64,000 bases of DNA, from positions 665,756,001 to 665,820,000 of the forward strand of contig NC_067399.1 of assembly GCF_016432865.1 (NCBI RefSeq). The letters are read 5' to 3'. The translations under genes were made by a program, and so were the position numbers. Below the pieces are notes generated by a model. It had not been told where the DNA came from. It ran no database searches and saw only the letters and a program-made list of their open reading frames with translations. This document shows positions 37,481 through 51,019 of the stretch, piece after piece. Within the stretch, counting starts at the first letter, position 1, and each line of letters begins with the position of its first letter. Source of the DNA: Antechinus flavipes. Taxonomy: Eukaryota.

Positions 37481-38389
37481 AGAAATCAATCTCCTTCCCA
37501 GGAAAGAAAAGAACTCAGATTTCTATAGAGCATCGAGGCTTACAAATCATTTTCCTCTCCACAACCTTGGGAAGTAGTATTTCAACTATTATAATCCCTA
37601 ATTAGCAAACGAGGTAGGTGGTATGGGAGAGATATTCATATTGTATATGTATGTATAGTTATGCATCTATGTATGTATAACTGCATATATACGTATTACT
37701 ATAAATACACATACATCGACATTAATGCAGCAATCATAAATGATAGTCACACATACGTATGTATTTATATCAAGAGCAGCTAGGTGACATAGTGAATAAA
37801 TCACTACACATAATACTACAAGGTACTTAGAGCTACAAAGTACATGCTCATGCAATACACGTCTAGGATAATGCAACAATATAACACACATGTACACGAT
37901 ACATCCATATCCATCAGTTCCCTAGAACTTCCCTCCTACATCACAGCCAGATCTGCCATCTCCACTGTCTCTGTGGGTGGAGAGATTTCTCACCCCGGAA
38001 CTTCCCTGTCATTAAGCTCAGCTCTTCTACAACCTCATAGAAAATGGAACAAGAGGAGTGTTGGATTTGGAGACAGAAGGAAGATCTGGGCTCTTCCAGA
38101 CTTTGCCACATAGTAACTAACTTATGTGACCTTGAGCAACTAGTTAACTTTGTTTGCCCCAGTTTCCCCCTTTGTGAGTGACTTTTAGAAGGCTGTGTCT
38201 CTCAGGAGTGACATTAGTCACAAAGCTAATCCATTGTCTTCTTTCCCCAAATTGACCGTAAGATCCCTCCAAGCAGGGGTTCTGCATGTGAGCTCTGTCC
38301 CCACTCTGGTCTTCTGCATCTTCATCAGTGAAACAAGATGGTTTCCAGGATCAGGGGATCAAGAGTTAGAGAAGAAGCAACATATTCTG

Positions 38390-38480
38390 ATCACTGCATT
38401 TCGATATAATTGGTTTCCTTTGTGTCCAAGCATTTTATCATTTAAGAACATGGTTCCCAGAAGGGACCTTTTGGCTTCTC
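38390..38480 (+). mobile_element. hAT-Charlie-type fragment
   Basis: atttcgatataattggtttcctttg...atttaagaacatggttcccagaaggg. Confidence 0.45.
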
Positions 38481-38789
38481 TGGACAACCATTGGCACTGA
38501 ACAGGCTCTATACTCAATACACATGCATGGAAGAGTTTGTTAGGTAGGAGAGGGGCATAGAGTAGGAGATGTATCCCCTTTTCTCAGAGAGCATGGGTCC
38601 TGTGGGGAGATCTGGGCACATAGAAAGAGCACAAGAAGTCCCAAATGCTGTCTGCCTGCAGAGAAAGAACTGATATATAAGAAGTGTGCATGGAATCATT
38701 TTACATATACATATATGTATATGTATACATATATGTATCTATCACATATATTTCTATATATATAAAATATATACCTATATACATAAAAA

Positions 38790-39005
38790 TTTTTTCTAAT
38801 GGTAACCATCTCTAGGGTAGGGAAAGAAGAAAAAGTAAAATTTACATCATAAATTTATTACATTTTAAAAGGAATAGAAAGTTCTCCCTAATAGATTTGT
38901 AGTTTCGTGTGTAATCATCATTTTTCATCTGCTATGCAATGGAAATACTTGTTTTATCCCATAAATCAAAAATAAAATACATTTAAAAATTAAAGAAAAA
39001 AAGAA
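38790..39005 (+). mobile_element. Old marsupial L1 3' end
   Basis: atagatttgtagtttc...ctatgcaatggaaatacttgttttatcccataaatcaaaaataaaata plus A tail. Confidence 0.7.
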
Positions 39006-40859
39006 AATCCAAACCATATTAATGATGGATGACAAATGAGGTGTTTGTTTAAGAGCTGGTGACCTCACACGCCATGTTTTTAACCAGAGAGTCTCTCCCA
39101 GGACAAAAGCCTGATTCTCCTTCAGAGATTTCTCATCTCTCCAGCTGATAGCCCCCAATCAGAGCATCTGGGGACCCTCACACTATCTGATACTTCCCAG
39201 TTTATTAGTCTCCAGGTCCATTAGCAAACACAAAATTCATACAAAGAAAGAAAAACCCTTTGACTTAGCAATCAAAGAAAACAACTGGGACTCATAACAG
39301 AGCTCATGGAAAATAACAACAGCAGCAATGAGCAGCCACTTCCTGTGTTAGCCCTGTGTAGCTCCAGCTGCGTAGAGTCACTGGTCCTGCTCCCAGCACA
39401 AGCCTCCATCCTCACCGTCACCATTAGGTCGTTACATTTTCTGGTAGATGAGCTTAGACCCCTCTCCTTTTTTCTGGCCCCCAGTGATGTTCCTCCAAAT
39501 TATTCTACCTACATTTCTCTGCAACTCATAATAGATAAAAGATGAGTCTTTTTCTAGAGAGAGGGAAAAGTTTCTCATTCCTGGAGGACCCTCATTGTCA
39601 GAAGGACACCTCTGAGTTTCCCTGTCATAGGAAGAGACATAATAGAAGCTGCCTTTACATGGTCAGATCGACCTTATTAGCTCTCTTCCTATACTGCTAT
39701 CTCTCCTTTCCTGAGCTAAACACCTTGAGGAAAGCTTTCTTTTGGGGGGATTTTCTAGTGACTTCTGGTAACACCTCGGGTAACAGAAGAGTCCAAAACA
39801 CAAATCCCCTTCCAATTTCTGAGTGGGTCTCCTGTATCAGTACCTGATTAGGACTTTATGACTACAAAATCTGAGCCAATCTTTCTACTAGGCACTCGGG
39901 TAGTATATTTCACATCTCACTAAGAATATTTTCTTACAAGCCCTAATTTCTCCCCACTTTTCTGTCAAGTCACATGAGTCTCTCTGAGAGAAAATAAGTT
40001 GTTTTTCAAATTATCTGGAACTTGTTCCTGCTTCTAGATGGTCAGGCAGGGAAGTCAGGTATTCTCTGCATTACAAAAGGTTAGGCAAGGGAAATCAAGC
40101 ATTCTCCATGCATTATAGAACACTGGATCAGAGACAGGGGTGACCAGGGGAAAAATTACATTCATACCTGAATAGTCCACACGCTCCCTGACCCATGGAG
40201 AGCTAGATGGCGTGCAACAGGAAATATCTGACTCACCAGCTCTATTACTCCCAGTAGTTGCCCAGACCAGAGGATCCATTTGCATAAAACAAATCTAATC
40301 ATAGAGATCAATGTCGGTTGACAGGATAGTTCGAATGTTGGAGTCAGACCAACCTTATTTAAATAAAGAAACCCTTACTGCAAGAGACAGGGACAAGAAT
40401 AAATAGATGTTCCCTTCCAGGTAGTGAAAGCTTGGGAGACTTCTCTTACGGGTTTGGAGGAATTCGTGACAGTAAATAGAGTTGGCTGGGTTGTTAATTC
40501 TGTGGGCCAACCTTAAATAACACTGGGAGTTGGCTCACTGCCACTTGAGAAAGCTAAATATACCTCCCTGCCTGTGACCAATCTTTCTTTTCTTTTCTTT
40601 CTTTCTTTCTTTTTTTTTGATTTGTTTTTCAAGAAAACAAACTCTTTAAAATCTATCATTTGCCATTTAATTTAACTGGTCCCTGGGACTGAAAAGAGCA
40701 GGGACGGAAAAATGTACAAAAGACTTATCTATTTAATAATTATGAACTAATCAAAACTGATAGCAACCATAGCTTCTCTTCCCCATTCGTGAGCATATCC
40801 CCTCCTTTTTGTGTCTTTCATCACCACACACCCCCATTCTCATTAGAACATTTAAGCTG

Positions 40860-40990
40860 AATCTAATAACATGACACCGAATAGGAATAAATGTAAAGTC
40901 TCAGCTTTAGGTTCAAAAAATCAACTTTACACACACAAAATGGAGAAGGCACAAGTTTTTATGAAAAATAATATGACTGAAGGTTTTAGT
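40860..40990 (+). mobile_element. L3/CR1 ORF2 fragment
   Basis: Translates NRNKCKVSALGSKNQL, the CR1/L3 RT C-terminal motif N.DKCKVLHLG. Confidence 0.7.
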
Positions 40991-41714
40991 GGAATAAAGA
41001 CAACTTTGGCGATTCAATGTAAGAAAGATTTGGAATCAGAGGACCCTAGTTCCAATTTTGGCTCTGCCACTCACTGTATGTAATCTGGGTGACTATGAGC
41101 AAATCATTTAGCCCACCTGACCTGCTTTCCTAATCAGAGACAACCCAGATTGGACTTGATGCCTGCCCAGGTCAGCTCTAAGTTTTTTGTCCTAAAACCC
41201 ACATTGAGCTGTGATCCTCTTCAAAGCATGGTGAAAACAGAGTCCCCCTAACATTAGAGCAAGAAACTAACAAGAGGAACAAAAGAACAAATAAGAATAG
41301 CAACAATCAATAGATCTTATCCATCAGAGTGTATTTCTTTTTTAATGTATATTATATATTTCTTAGATATAAAATCATTGCATTAGAACGGAATGGTATA
41401 TGGTATGATGATCTTGAAAATCACTAAGTCCAGCCCTTTCTTTTTCAGATAAGGAAACTGAGACCCAATTAAGTGACTTGCCCAAAATCACACAGCTAGG
41501 ATATATCTGAGGTAGAATTCAAAATCAGGTCTTTTTGAGTCTGAGTCTTGTGGTCTAGCCTCTATACCAGTTGACTTTTAGAATACCAATAGAGGAGTTG
41601 TATGCGGAATTGAACAGAAACAGGAAATATAACTGTTTGTCTTTGGGAAATGTCAAAATGTCAAAAAGTCCAAATATTTCCTTGAAGTGAAAACCATCTT
41701 TTAAACATTAATCT

Positions 41715-42090
41715 TCTGGTGATGTGTTGTTGTGGGTCATGGGATACCATAGCCTTAGAGCAATTGACCATGAATGTCACCTAGAAAGCAATGGAGAAAC
41801 CCATGGAGTGTGTGTGTGTGTGTGTGGGGGAGGAATACAAGCAAGGAATTGTATGGGAGAAATAGAATGCGTGAATAGGTCATCCAAAAAAGGTAGCAGA
41901 AAAAAAAGATAGGCTCATCCTATCACAAAAGGCAGGGATGGCCACTGGTTTATCCTGGATAGCCTGGATATTGTCTTGCCATGGAAAAGGAAAAAAGTAT
42001 GGTGGCTGACTATGTGTGGCAACATATGGAAAAGCAGAGTCAACAATTATAGAATTGGTGGGCATAGTCGGGCACTGACAGGAGTGCCCA
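41715..42090 (+). mobile_element. RTE-clade LINE 3' remnant
   Basis: gaatgtcacctagaaagcaatggagaaacccatgg (VTQRAMER-like) and the downstream KKR-WAGH-like region typical of RTE ORF ends. Confidence 0.55.
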
Positions 42091-42569
42091 CATGAGTAAC
42101 CTCATAGCACCATTTAAATAGGTACCATTTTGCCTATGTTACAATGGACAAAACACTTTCTATTCAAGACCTTATAACCCACATGTGAAGCTACAAAGTA
42201 CCAGAATCATTGTTCAATTCTGCAGATATGGACACGAGATTCAGAGAAATCCAGAGACTTGTCCAAGATGGCAACAGAGATGGGAGTTCTTGTTCCAAAG
42301 TTTCATTGTTCCACATTCATTATCTTCTCAACCATACTACGCTATCTGCCCCTTAAACAATAAAGTAGAAAAGAATGAGGAGAGGGAGACTTTTAAAAAA
42401 GCACACCCACAGAGATTGGTGGGGCAGCAGTAAGCAGCATGATGGATTGACAGTCAGAAAGGGCCAGGATTGAAGTCCCACTTTTGACACTTACTGGCAA
42501 TTATGCCCTTGGGCAAATCATTCAGTTTCCCTTGGAATCAATCTTCTCATGTAAGATTGAAGGTAATAA

Positions 42570-43090
42570 TATCTGTCATAACTTTTATATTTTATTTTAT
42601 ATTTTATATATATTTTATAAATACTTTGATGTGAAATATTGATATTAACCAAAATCTAATATTTATAATATATATCATTGTTATATTCTGACTTCTTATA
42701 CGCTAATAGATCAAGATAGAATTAATAGCATATACTAATTATTATATTTCATTATAGATTTGAAATTATTCTGTATATTATGATATTTTATTAATACAAT
42801 TATGTTATTACCATATTATTAGTATATATCACATATTGTTACATATATTACTATGTTATTGCTATAATTATATTACTATAATTTTATTAATAATTTTATG
42901 TTATTATTCAGAATATATTATGATCTGTTACTAACATCATTAATATATTAATAGTGCATTATTTTTATATTTTGACATACTCTGATAGAACAAGATCTAA
43001 ACAATATTGCTATTTAATCTTATATTCTGTTATTAAATATTCTAAATATTACATCTACTCTGTATCCTATTATAGTTTATTAATGATGTT
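42570..43090. repeat. AT-rich low-complexity tract
   Basis: Dense tat/att/ata repeats with very low G+C. Confidence 0.85.
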
Positions 43091-43965
43091 GTGTTATTGC
43101 CTATTATTCAGAATAGAAGGGGATGGTTTGGTTAGTTTTTGTTTATGAGAAAGTTTTTTGACTCCTAGTGAAAGTACACCCAGAAATGCCTTCCTTGTAA
43201 ATCTTTTTAAGTGCTGGAGATGATGAATCATCAGCTTGCTGGATATGTGACTCATCTCCCTTGAAAAAGAACAAACTTCCATGTAAGAAAAACCTAGTTC
43301 TTGCCCCCAGCAGCTCAGCTGTGCCATTCATTCTGTCCTGTCTCCTTCCCTGTGGACAGGAAAGACCCAGTGCAGCAGACCTGGATGTCCTTCAAGAATC
43401 TCAGTCTTTTAAAAACATAAATATCTCATTAACCCGTTCCGAGCTGCTCTAGAATACTCCATGACTAGCACAGAGGAGCTATGATACACAAGACACCTGA
43501 GTTCTATTGACATTAGACGTTTCCCGCCATATTCATGTGTCAGAAAAATAGGTAAGAGCTATTTTGGCAAGCAAGAGCTGCCAAGAAGGGGCTGTTGGAT
43601 AAGGATTAGGAGGTGTTATATTGGATCACAATTACTCATTTTAAAATTTTCCATTCCCATGACTCAGTCTTTAACACAGGTGTCTATGGTGTACTTTAAA
43701 GATTAAATAACAAACTTTTAAAAATAGGATGGGTTTTTTAAGGTATCTGAAATGTTCCAAACTGAGTTTAACAAATAATGAGCCTATATATCTATAACCA
43801 AAGCCACGTTGTTGGTTTGGGCCAGTTTCCTCATCTGTGCAAGGAGGGATACATGTTCTCCAAGGCTCTTTCCAACTGTGGATCCTGATAGAATGCAGGC
43901 AGCTTCTTAAGAATAGGGATCCCCTCATCTTTTTTGGTATTTATGTCCCCTGTACCTAGCCTAGT

Positions 43966-44186
43966 GGGCAATTGAGTGTCACAATGGTTAGAGGACCAGG
44001 CCTGGTTCAAATCTGGCATCAGAGCTTAGCTGTGTGACATTGAACAAGTAACTTAACCCTGTTTGCCTCAGTTTCCTCATCTGTAAAAATGAGTTGGAAA
44101 AGGAAATGGCAAAACGTTCCAGTATCTTTGACAAGAAAATCCTAAACGGGGTCACAGAGTTTGACATAACTGGACGATGACAACAA
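43966..44186 (+). mobile_element. MAR1-like CORE-SINE
   Basis: ttaaccctgtttgcctcagtttcctcatctgtaaaaatgagttggaaaaggaaatggcaaaac...ggggtcacagag. Confidence 0.85.
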
Positions 44187-44700
44187 CCAGCCCAGTTCCT
44201 GAAACACAATAGGGACATGAGAAAGACTACTCATTAATATATCCATTGGAGAGTCCTATGGCTTGGCCATAAAATATATCACAATGATAAAGATTCACTC
44301 CTTAATATTGCAGAAAGAGAAAAAAAGAAACTACTCTCCCCCGAAATCAAAATATCATCCTCGTGAATTCACCCAAATTTCTGACGATTTGAATAATAAA
44401 GTTGCTATTTGTGAAGTAGTGGGATACAGCAGTGAGGCAGACAACTGGGCTAGTCAGGTCTCTCTAATTTCTCTGAATATCAATTTCCCTACCTGTAAAA
44501 CCAAGAGTATTTCAGGTTCACAAGAAGTTGTGGGAAAAATGCTTTATCAATGCATAAAAAATGGAAATGGTTATGAGTGGCTATTGTTTTCTATTGGACA
44601 GCAAGTTCTATTGAACATTCTTCTATATCTTTGCCCTGGAATACTCTTCCTTCTTACCTCTGTCCCTTGGAATCCATTTTCTTTCAAAACTCAGCTCAAG

Positions 44701-44846
44701 GGGGCAGCTATGTGGAACAGTGGATAGAGCACCAGCCCTGAAGTCAGGAGGACCTGAGTTCAAATCTCACCTTAGATACTTAACACTTCCTAGCTGTGTG
44801 ACCCTGGGCAAGTCACTTAACCCCAATTGACTCAGCCAAAAAAAAA
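44701..44846 (+). mobile_element. Full-length WSINE1-like SINE inserted in an L2 fragment
   Basis: ggggcagctatgtggaacagtggatagagcaccagccctgaagtcaggaggacctgagttcaaat...aaccccaattgactcagcc plus A tail. Confidence 0.9.
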
Positions 44847-46069
44847 GCCCTCACTTCAAGCACACCTTATATCTGAATCTTCTTCCTCCCCCTCAAATCT
44901 CCCTCCAAAATTACTTTATATTTACTTGAACTGCTTTCTATCCTCACTTTCAAATGTAAGCTCATTGAAAGTAAAATTTTTTTTTCAATTTTTTTTGGGG
45001 AAGTATTTGTATGCCTAGTATTAGGCATTGTCCCAGTCATGTAGTAAACATTTAAAAATGTTTGTAAACTGAATGATGGATTGATTAACTCCTAGTCCTC
45101 AGCTAGATTCCATGATACAGTTCATATAGATATATTATCTATAGACAGATAATAAGACAAGCTTCCAGTGCTTGGAAAGTCCAGGGAGACTATCCTGGTG
45201 ACTAAGGGAAAGCCAATTTCCATCCCTATAGTTCTATCCCCAAGGGTAAATGTGAAGGAAGAGAAAGGAAGGAGTTGGATTCTGAGTCCATCTCTTTCCC
45301 TAGCTTTGTTTCCAAGGAGTTCTTCCCAAAAGTTATGTCCGTAACATCATCAGAACTCTCTTTTTCTCATCTGTCCAACCAATGTGTCTTCTATCTCCAT
45401 TTGTGGGACTGAAGAGGCATACTGTGGCCTAGTTGACAATGTTGAAAGGAGGGGATAAGCAATGTAAAGGACAGTTTTTTCCAAATAGAAATACTGGAAG
45501 ATCCTTGAGCTCCTAATTTCTGGGACAAGTGGACACGAGGAATTAACAAATGGAACAACTCTAAAGCTTAGTTCTGTAATGGGAAGGGGCACTGGAAGGA
45601 GATCTTAAGAGTGGTAGTCAGGAACCAACCAAAGGAATGGAAGCTTTCAAGTTGTTTTTTGTTAGGCTAGAAAAATACAACAAGACATCTTAGCACAAGA
45701 CTGGAAGACTGGTGTCTCCCTGGATGTCAGCATCTTGAGGCAAAGTCCCAATTGCATAAGTCCTAGTTCCATTTCTGAGTCCTATTGTTCAAAATATTGA
45801 ACTCTTGCTGGTGTGCTATAGCACAAGTCATATATAGTTTAATCATAAATATCTATAATGCAACAAGCCCTTTATGTTCCTCTGGATATGTCTGGGAAAT
45901 GTTTAAATACAAATTATAGGCAGTGGATGGAGAAGAAAAGTAATTGCAATTCTGTTTTCTTTCCCGGCTCCAGACACTTGTGTGTGCTCAGCTATTTTCA
46001 ATCACGTGCCAGGAAGGACTCCAGAAATCTTGTCTCTTGTAGCTACTCATGATATGGTGTCCTATCCAG

Positions 46070-46957
46070 TCTCCTAAAGCTCTGATCTGGGCCCTTTTCT
46101 CTTCTCCCTCCATACTGCTTCATTTGGTGATCTCTTTAGCTCCCATGGATTCCATTACCATCTAATGCTCCAAGTATTAAATTTCCAGCTGCCTACTTAA
46201 CGAACTGAAAGCTTCATAGACATCTTAAGCTCAACATGTTCAAAACAAATGTATCATCTTTCTCCCCAATCCTGTCCTCTTCTATACTTCCCTATAACCA
46301 TCAAGAACACCACCATCTTTCAGCAATCCAGACTCACAATCAAAGTGTCATCCTCCACATCTCACTCTCTCATCTGCATAGTTAATCTATTACCAGAATC
46401 ATTAATTTTATCTTTGTGCCTTTTCTCCCACTCTACTTTAGATCTTGATTACTTCATGCCTGCAATAACCTGAGGAGTGGCCTCCCTGCCTCAAGCCCTC
46501 CCATTCTAGACTTTTTTCCAGTCAAAGCAGGTCTGATCATTATATAGACATCTGTCCCTATCTGCAACTCAGTAATCACTCCAGTGACTTCCTTTTACCT
46601 CCAGGATCCTCTGACAAAATCCTCTCACATTCAAAGCCCTTCACAACCTACCCCCTCTACTTTTCTAGTCTTCTTATTCCTTACAACATCCACTGCTCAG
46701 TGATCTGATGATTTTGGTCTCTTTGCTATTCCTTCTATATAACTCATTTTTTGACTCAGAGTATTTTCTCTTGCTGTCTTCCATATCTGGAATACTTTCA
46801 TTCTCATTTCTGCCTCCTGACCTCCTTCAAGTGCCCCCTAAACCTGGCTATCTCCCTTAATTCTGGCATCTTTGTTAATTATCTTCAATTTATCCTATAT
46901 GTAGCTACTTTATGTATAGTTGTTTGCATGTTTTCTCCCTCATTAGAATCTGAGCTC
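46070..46957 (+). mobile_element. L2 fragment whose 3' tail resumes at about 47700-47780 after an L1 insertion
   Basis: Pyrimidine-rich L2 body (ctcaacatgttcaaaac, ttcaaagcccttcacaacct); tail aatgtgagttccttgaaggcagggactg. Confidence 0.75.
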
Positions 46958-47660
46958 ACTGGACTTATATTCCAAAGAGATCTTAAAGGAGGGAAAAAAA
47001 CCCATATGTGCAAAAATGTTTGTGACAGCCCTTTTTGTGGAGGCAAAGAACTGGAAACCGAGAGGATGTCCATCAGTTGGAGAATGGCTGAATAAATTGT
47101 GGTATATGAATGTTATGGAATGTTATTGTTCTGTAAGAGACTAGCAGGATGATTTCAGAGAGGCTGGAGAGACATGAACTGATGCTAAGTGAAATGGGCA
47201 GAACCAGGAGATCATTATACACAGCAACAATAAGACTATATGATGATCAATTCTGATGGACAAGGCTCTCTTCAACAATGAGATGATTCAAACCAGTTCC
47301 ACTTTGCAGTGATAAAGAGAGCCATCTACACCCAGAGAGAGAACCATGGGAACAGAGTGTGGATCACAAATAGCATTCTCACTCTTTCTGTTGTTGTTTG
47401 CTTGCATTTTGTTTTCTTTCCCAGTTTTTTTTCCTTATTGATCCAACTTTTCTTGTGCAGTAAGTTAACTAGATAGATAACTATATAAATATGTATCCAT
47501 ATATTGGATTTAACATATTTAACATGTATTATACTATCTGCCATCTAGGGGAGGGATGGGGGGAAGGAGGGGATAATTTGGAACAGAAGGCTTTGCAAGG
47601 GTCAATGTTGGAAAATTACCCATGCATATGTTATTTAAATAAAAAGCTTTAATAAAAAAG
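46958..47660 (+). mobile_element. 5'-truncated L1 (ORF2 end and 3'UTR)
   Basis: GLIFQRDLKGGKKTHMCKNVC frame; gccatctaggggaggg; aataaaaagcttt tail. Confidence 0.92.
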
Positions 47661-47809
47661 ATTCCTTGACATTAAATATTTCTATCTATCAAAAAAAAAT
47701 AATGTGAGTTCCTTGAAGGCAGGGACTGTTTTGGCTTTTTTTTTTCTATTCCTAGCACTTAGCACCATGTCTGGCATGGTGTCTGGCATTTAAAAAAAAT
47801 ATATGTATG

Positions 47810-48420
47810 TATATATATATTTGTAATGTTTAGCAAGATAGAAACACAATTTCTCTCTTCAAACTTCTTTTTTGATGAATTCTAGGGAAAAAATTTTCAT
47901 TTTTTTTTCTCTATCACTACTCACTAACCTACCTCTATCTCAGTAGTTTTGAAATCATTTCTTGTTATCTATATATAAAATCAAGCAAAACAAGTCAGCA
48001 CCTTGGCCAGGGGCAACCCAGTACTACTAGTCCATTGCTGTTCTCTTAAGAGGTAAGCAGGAGTCTTCACCAGTCTTTTGAAGTCATGATGAATTTCTGC
48101 TTTGGTCAGTTCTGAGATCTTTTAAAGTTGTTTCCCCTCACATGGTTATGAAAATCATCACATAAATTATTCTGCTGGTTGTGCTCATTTCACTTGGCAT
48201 CAGTTCACAAAAGTCTTTCTAGGTTTCCCTAAATCAATCATATTTACCATTCCTTATGCAAATAAAATTTCATCACATTTATATTCTATAAATTGTTCAA
48301 TTGTTATCTACATATTATGTACTTTTCTGTTTCCTTTAATTTACTATAACAAAACAATACTTCTCTAAATATTCTTATATATATAAGATCTTTTTCTCTG
48401 TCCTTGGCCTCCTTGAAATA
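47810..48420 (-). mobile_element. Old L1 3'UTR fragment
   Basis: Antisense cttggcatcagttcacaaaagtctttctagg and tatcaagcaaaacaagtc-like motifs. Confidence 0.6.
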
Positions 48421-48844
48421 CATGACTAGCCTCTTTTCCAGAGGAAAATCTTATTTGTTGGGCTCCCAATCAACGTGGTGAAATGTAGTATTTTAGAGTT
48501 TCCCCATCTAACCGCTTTCCTTACCTTGGGTGCCTCCAGCCAGTAGTTCAGGAATACACTTAAACCCTCTCACTTATCCTCAACTCCAAGCTGGACTTCA
48601 GGAAATTTCATCATTATGACAATTTGATTTTACAATCTGAAACCCCCTTCTTATTTTTATTTTTATTCTGTGGTTTGGCTGAGTATTTCCCATCTATAAC
48701 AGCATTTACTGCTAGAGAACTGGCTTTAGAATTAAGAAGATCCAAGTTCAAATCCTAATCCTGACCCATACTATCTATGAGTTCTTGGGCAAATTACTTA
48801 GTATTTTGCCAAATCTTTAAGACTATAAGTCACAACTAGTTCTG

Positions 48845-49350
48845 TATCCCAGGGAAATCATAAAGAAGGGAAAAGGACTCACATGTGCAAAAATGTTTGC
48901 AGCAGCTCTTTTTGTGGTAGCAAAGAATTGGAAAATGAGTAAATGTTCATCAATTGGGGAATGACTGAACAAGCTGTGGTACATGAAGGTAATAGAATAT
49001 TATTGTTCTATAAAAAATGATGAACAAATTGATTTTAGAAAGGCCTGGAAGGATTTACATGAACTGATGCTGAGTGAAACAGGAGAACCAGAAACATTAG
49101 ACACAATAACAGTGAGAATATGCGATGATCAAGTATGAAAGGCTTGGTTCTTCTCAGTGGTTGCAATCTCAATAGACTTTGGACAGAAAATGCCATCTGC
49201 ATCCAGAAAAAGAACCATGGAGATTGAATGTAAATCAACACATGCTATGTTCACTTCTTTTTTTCTATTTTTTTTTCTTTTCCATGATTTTTCCTTTTTG
49301 TTCTGATTTTTCTCTCGTGACATGATTCATAAAGCAATGTGCATTAAAAT
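48845..49350 (+). mobile_element. L1 ORF2-end/3'UTR fragment
   Basis: gggaaatcataaagaagggaaaaggactcacatgtgcaaaaatgtttgcagcagctc...cattaaaattaaataaa. Confidence 0.9.
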
Positions 49351-50249
49351 TAAATAAACCAAAAACATACTACAAATTACAAAGAAAATAAGATCCTTCT
49401 TTAGCAAAGGAAGAAACCTTACTAGGATTGCCCTATCCCAATGGAATCATGAATCCAATTCATGTCTCTGCCCCAAGAAGCCTGAGAGAACATTCCCAGT
49501 CTCCTCACATCATCTCTCTAGATCGGACAAATTTGTTTGAAGCCAACTGGCTTATTCAAAGTACCGAGGATTACTTAATGATTAAAATAACAAAGGAAGC
49601 TAAGTACTTTTCAGAATTTTCAGAGGGAAAAGAGCAAATAATAGTGACAATAACTCATCAATGTTACAATGATTAATAATAATGATAAATACTATAATCC
49701 CATTACTCAACTTTACCTTTTCTCAATAAGAGAAAATGGAGTTTATTTGTAAAGTTTGAAAATTCCTAGATGTCCTAAGGAGCTTCAAAGATCAGACGAA
49801 AAGAGCCTTAGTTGGTACAACTCATGTGGTCTTTGAACTTGGTTTTTATGTTAAGGAATTCTGTGAATCATATACCTTCAAGTAAGGAAGCCAGATGATA
49901 ATATGTTGACATTTACAGGACCTATTTTCCAGGGATTTGGTGCAAAGTGGAATTAAATACATTGAATGGCCATCTTGTGATTTTCTAGCTCTTTTGAATA
50001 GCTCACCTTTGGAAAGGACCTGAGAGAAATGGTGCCCTTCTGGCTCTTGCTTACAAACTACAGAGCTGGCAATGCTGAATTCCTTTTGGAAGGTGTTTTA
50101 ACAAATGTTTTGTGCAAATCCCACTGAGTCCAAAAAGTAGGAGAAATCTGATGGTGGGCTAAGCAGTGGAGTAGAAATATGCTTCATGATTTGGACTCAT
50201 ATAAGAGCCTAAATCCCTGGAAGAGTTTTAGAATGTCAGTGAGATGATC

Positions 50250-50450
50250 CCTTATAAAAAGACAGCACGACTTCAGATAGCTGACTCATTGGTGTGAGTC
50301 ACTCCTGCTGAGCTGGGCACTTTCATGAATTAATAGGCTCTAAGGAACTCATCTCCTAGCAAGTTTCCTGGGAATGGATGCTGCTAGGGATGGTGATGCT
50401 GCTCTGAATTTTGGGGCCTCCAGTGGAGGTTTGTTTCTGCCTGAGTCAGA
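50250..50450. promoter_or_regulatory. Candidate AP-1-driven enhancer/promoter
   Basis: TGACTCA 50282-50288, TGAGTCA 50295-50301 and 50442-50448; TTCCTGGGAA 50365-50374; TATAAAA 50253-50259. Confidence 0.5.
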
Positions 50451-51019
50451 TTGTTAGGTAACCTGAGAAAAAAATAGGGAGTCAATAAATGAAAAAGTCA
50501 TAATACCACAGAATTTCAGAGCTAGAAGAGACCTCAGAAGCCATTTTGTTCAACCCAAAGAACAATAGCTTTGGAAGGTGAACTCCAGGGTTCAAATCTG
50601 CCTCCGCAGATTTATAGCTAGGTTTTTATTTAGGATAAATAACAAATAGGATCATTTCCCAGAAATGATCACATTATCCAAATTCCTACTGCATATTTCC
50701 ATTGGAATAAAACAAATTGCTATATTTTATTTTTATAATTATAACTTCAAAAAAAGTATTGATTCAAATATGTGTGATAATTTCAGGGGATTCTTTATGT
50801 ACTAATCAAGACCTAGTTGAACTATCTGTTTGATCTTAGTCAAATAACTTAAACTTTCTTGACCTTAGTTTCCTCATCTGTAAAATGAGAGGAGTGGACT
50901 GACTGGCTTCTAAGGTTCTTTGAACTCCCTTTGAAATTCCTGGCTGAAGCTCTCCAGTAAGAATCCATCATCTCCCAATGTCACTCATTCCATTTAGGGA
51001 TAGTTCTTATTGTTAGGCA

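Noticed and set aside
40225-40290. Octamer ATGCAAAT next to ATG...G|gtgagt, resembling an Ig/TCR V leader exon
   Set aside because: The octamer overlaps the ATG rather than lying upstream of a TATA, the peptide MDPLVWATTGSNRA has no hydrophobic core, and no V exon or RSS follows.
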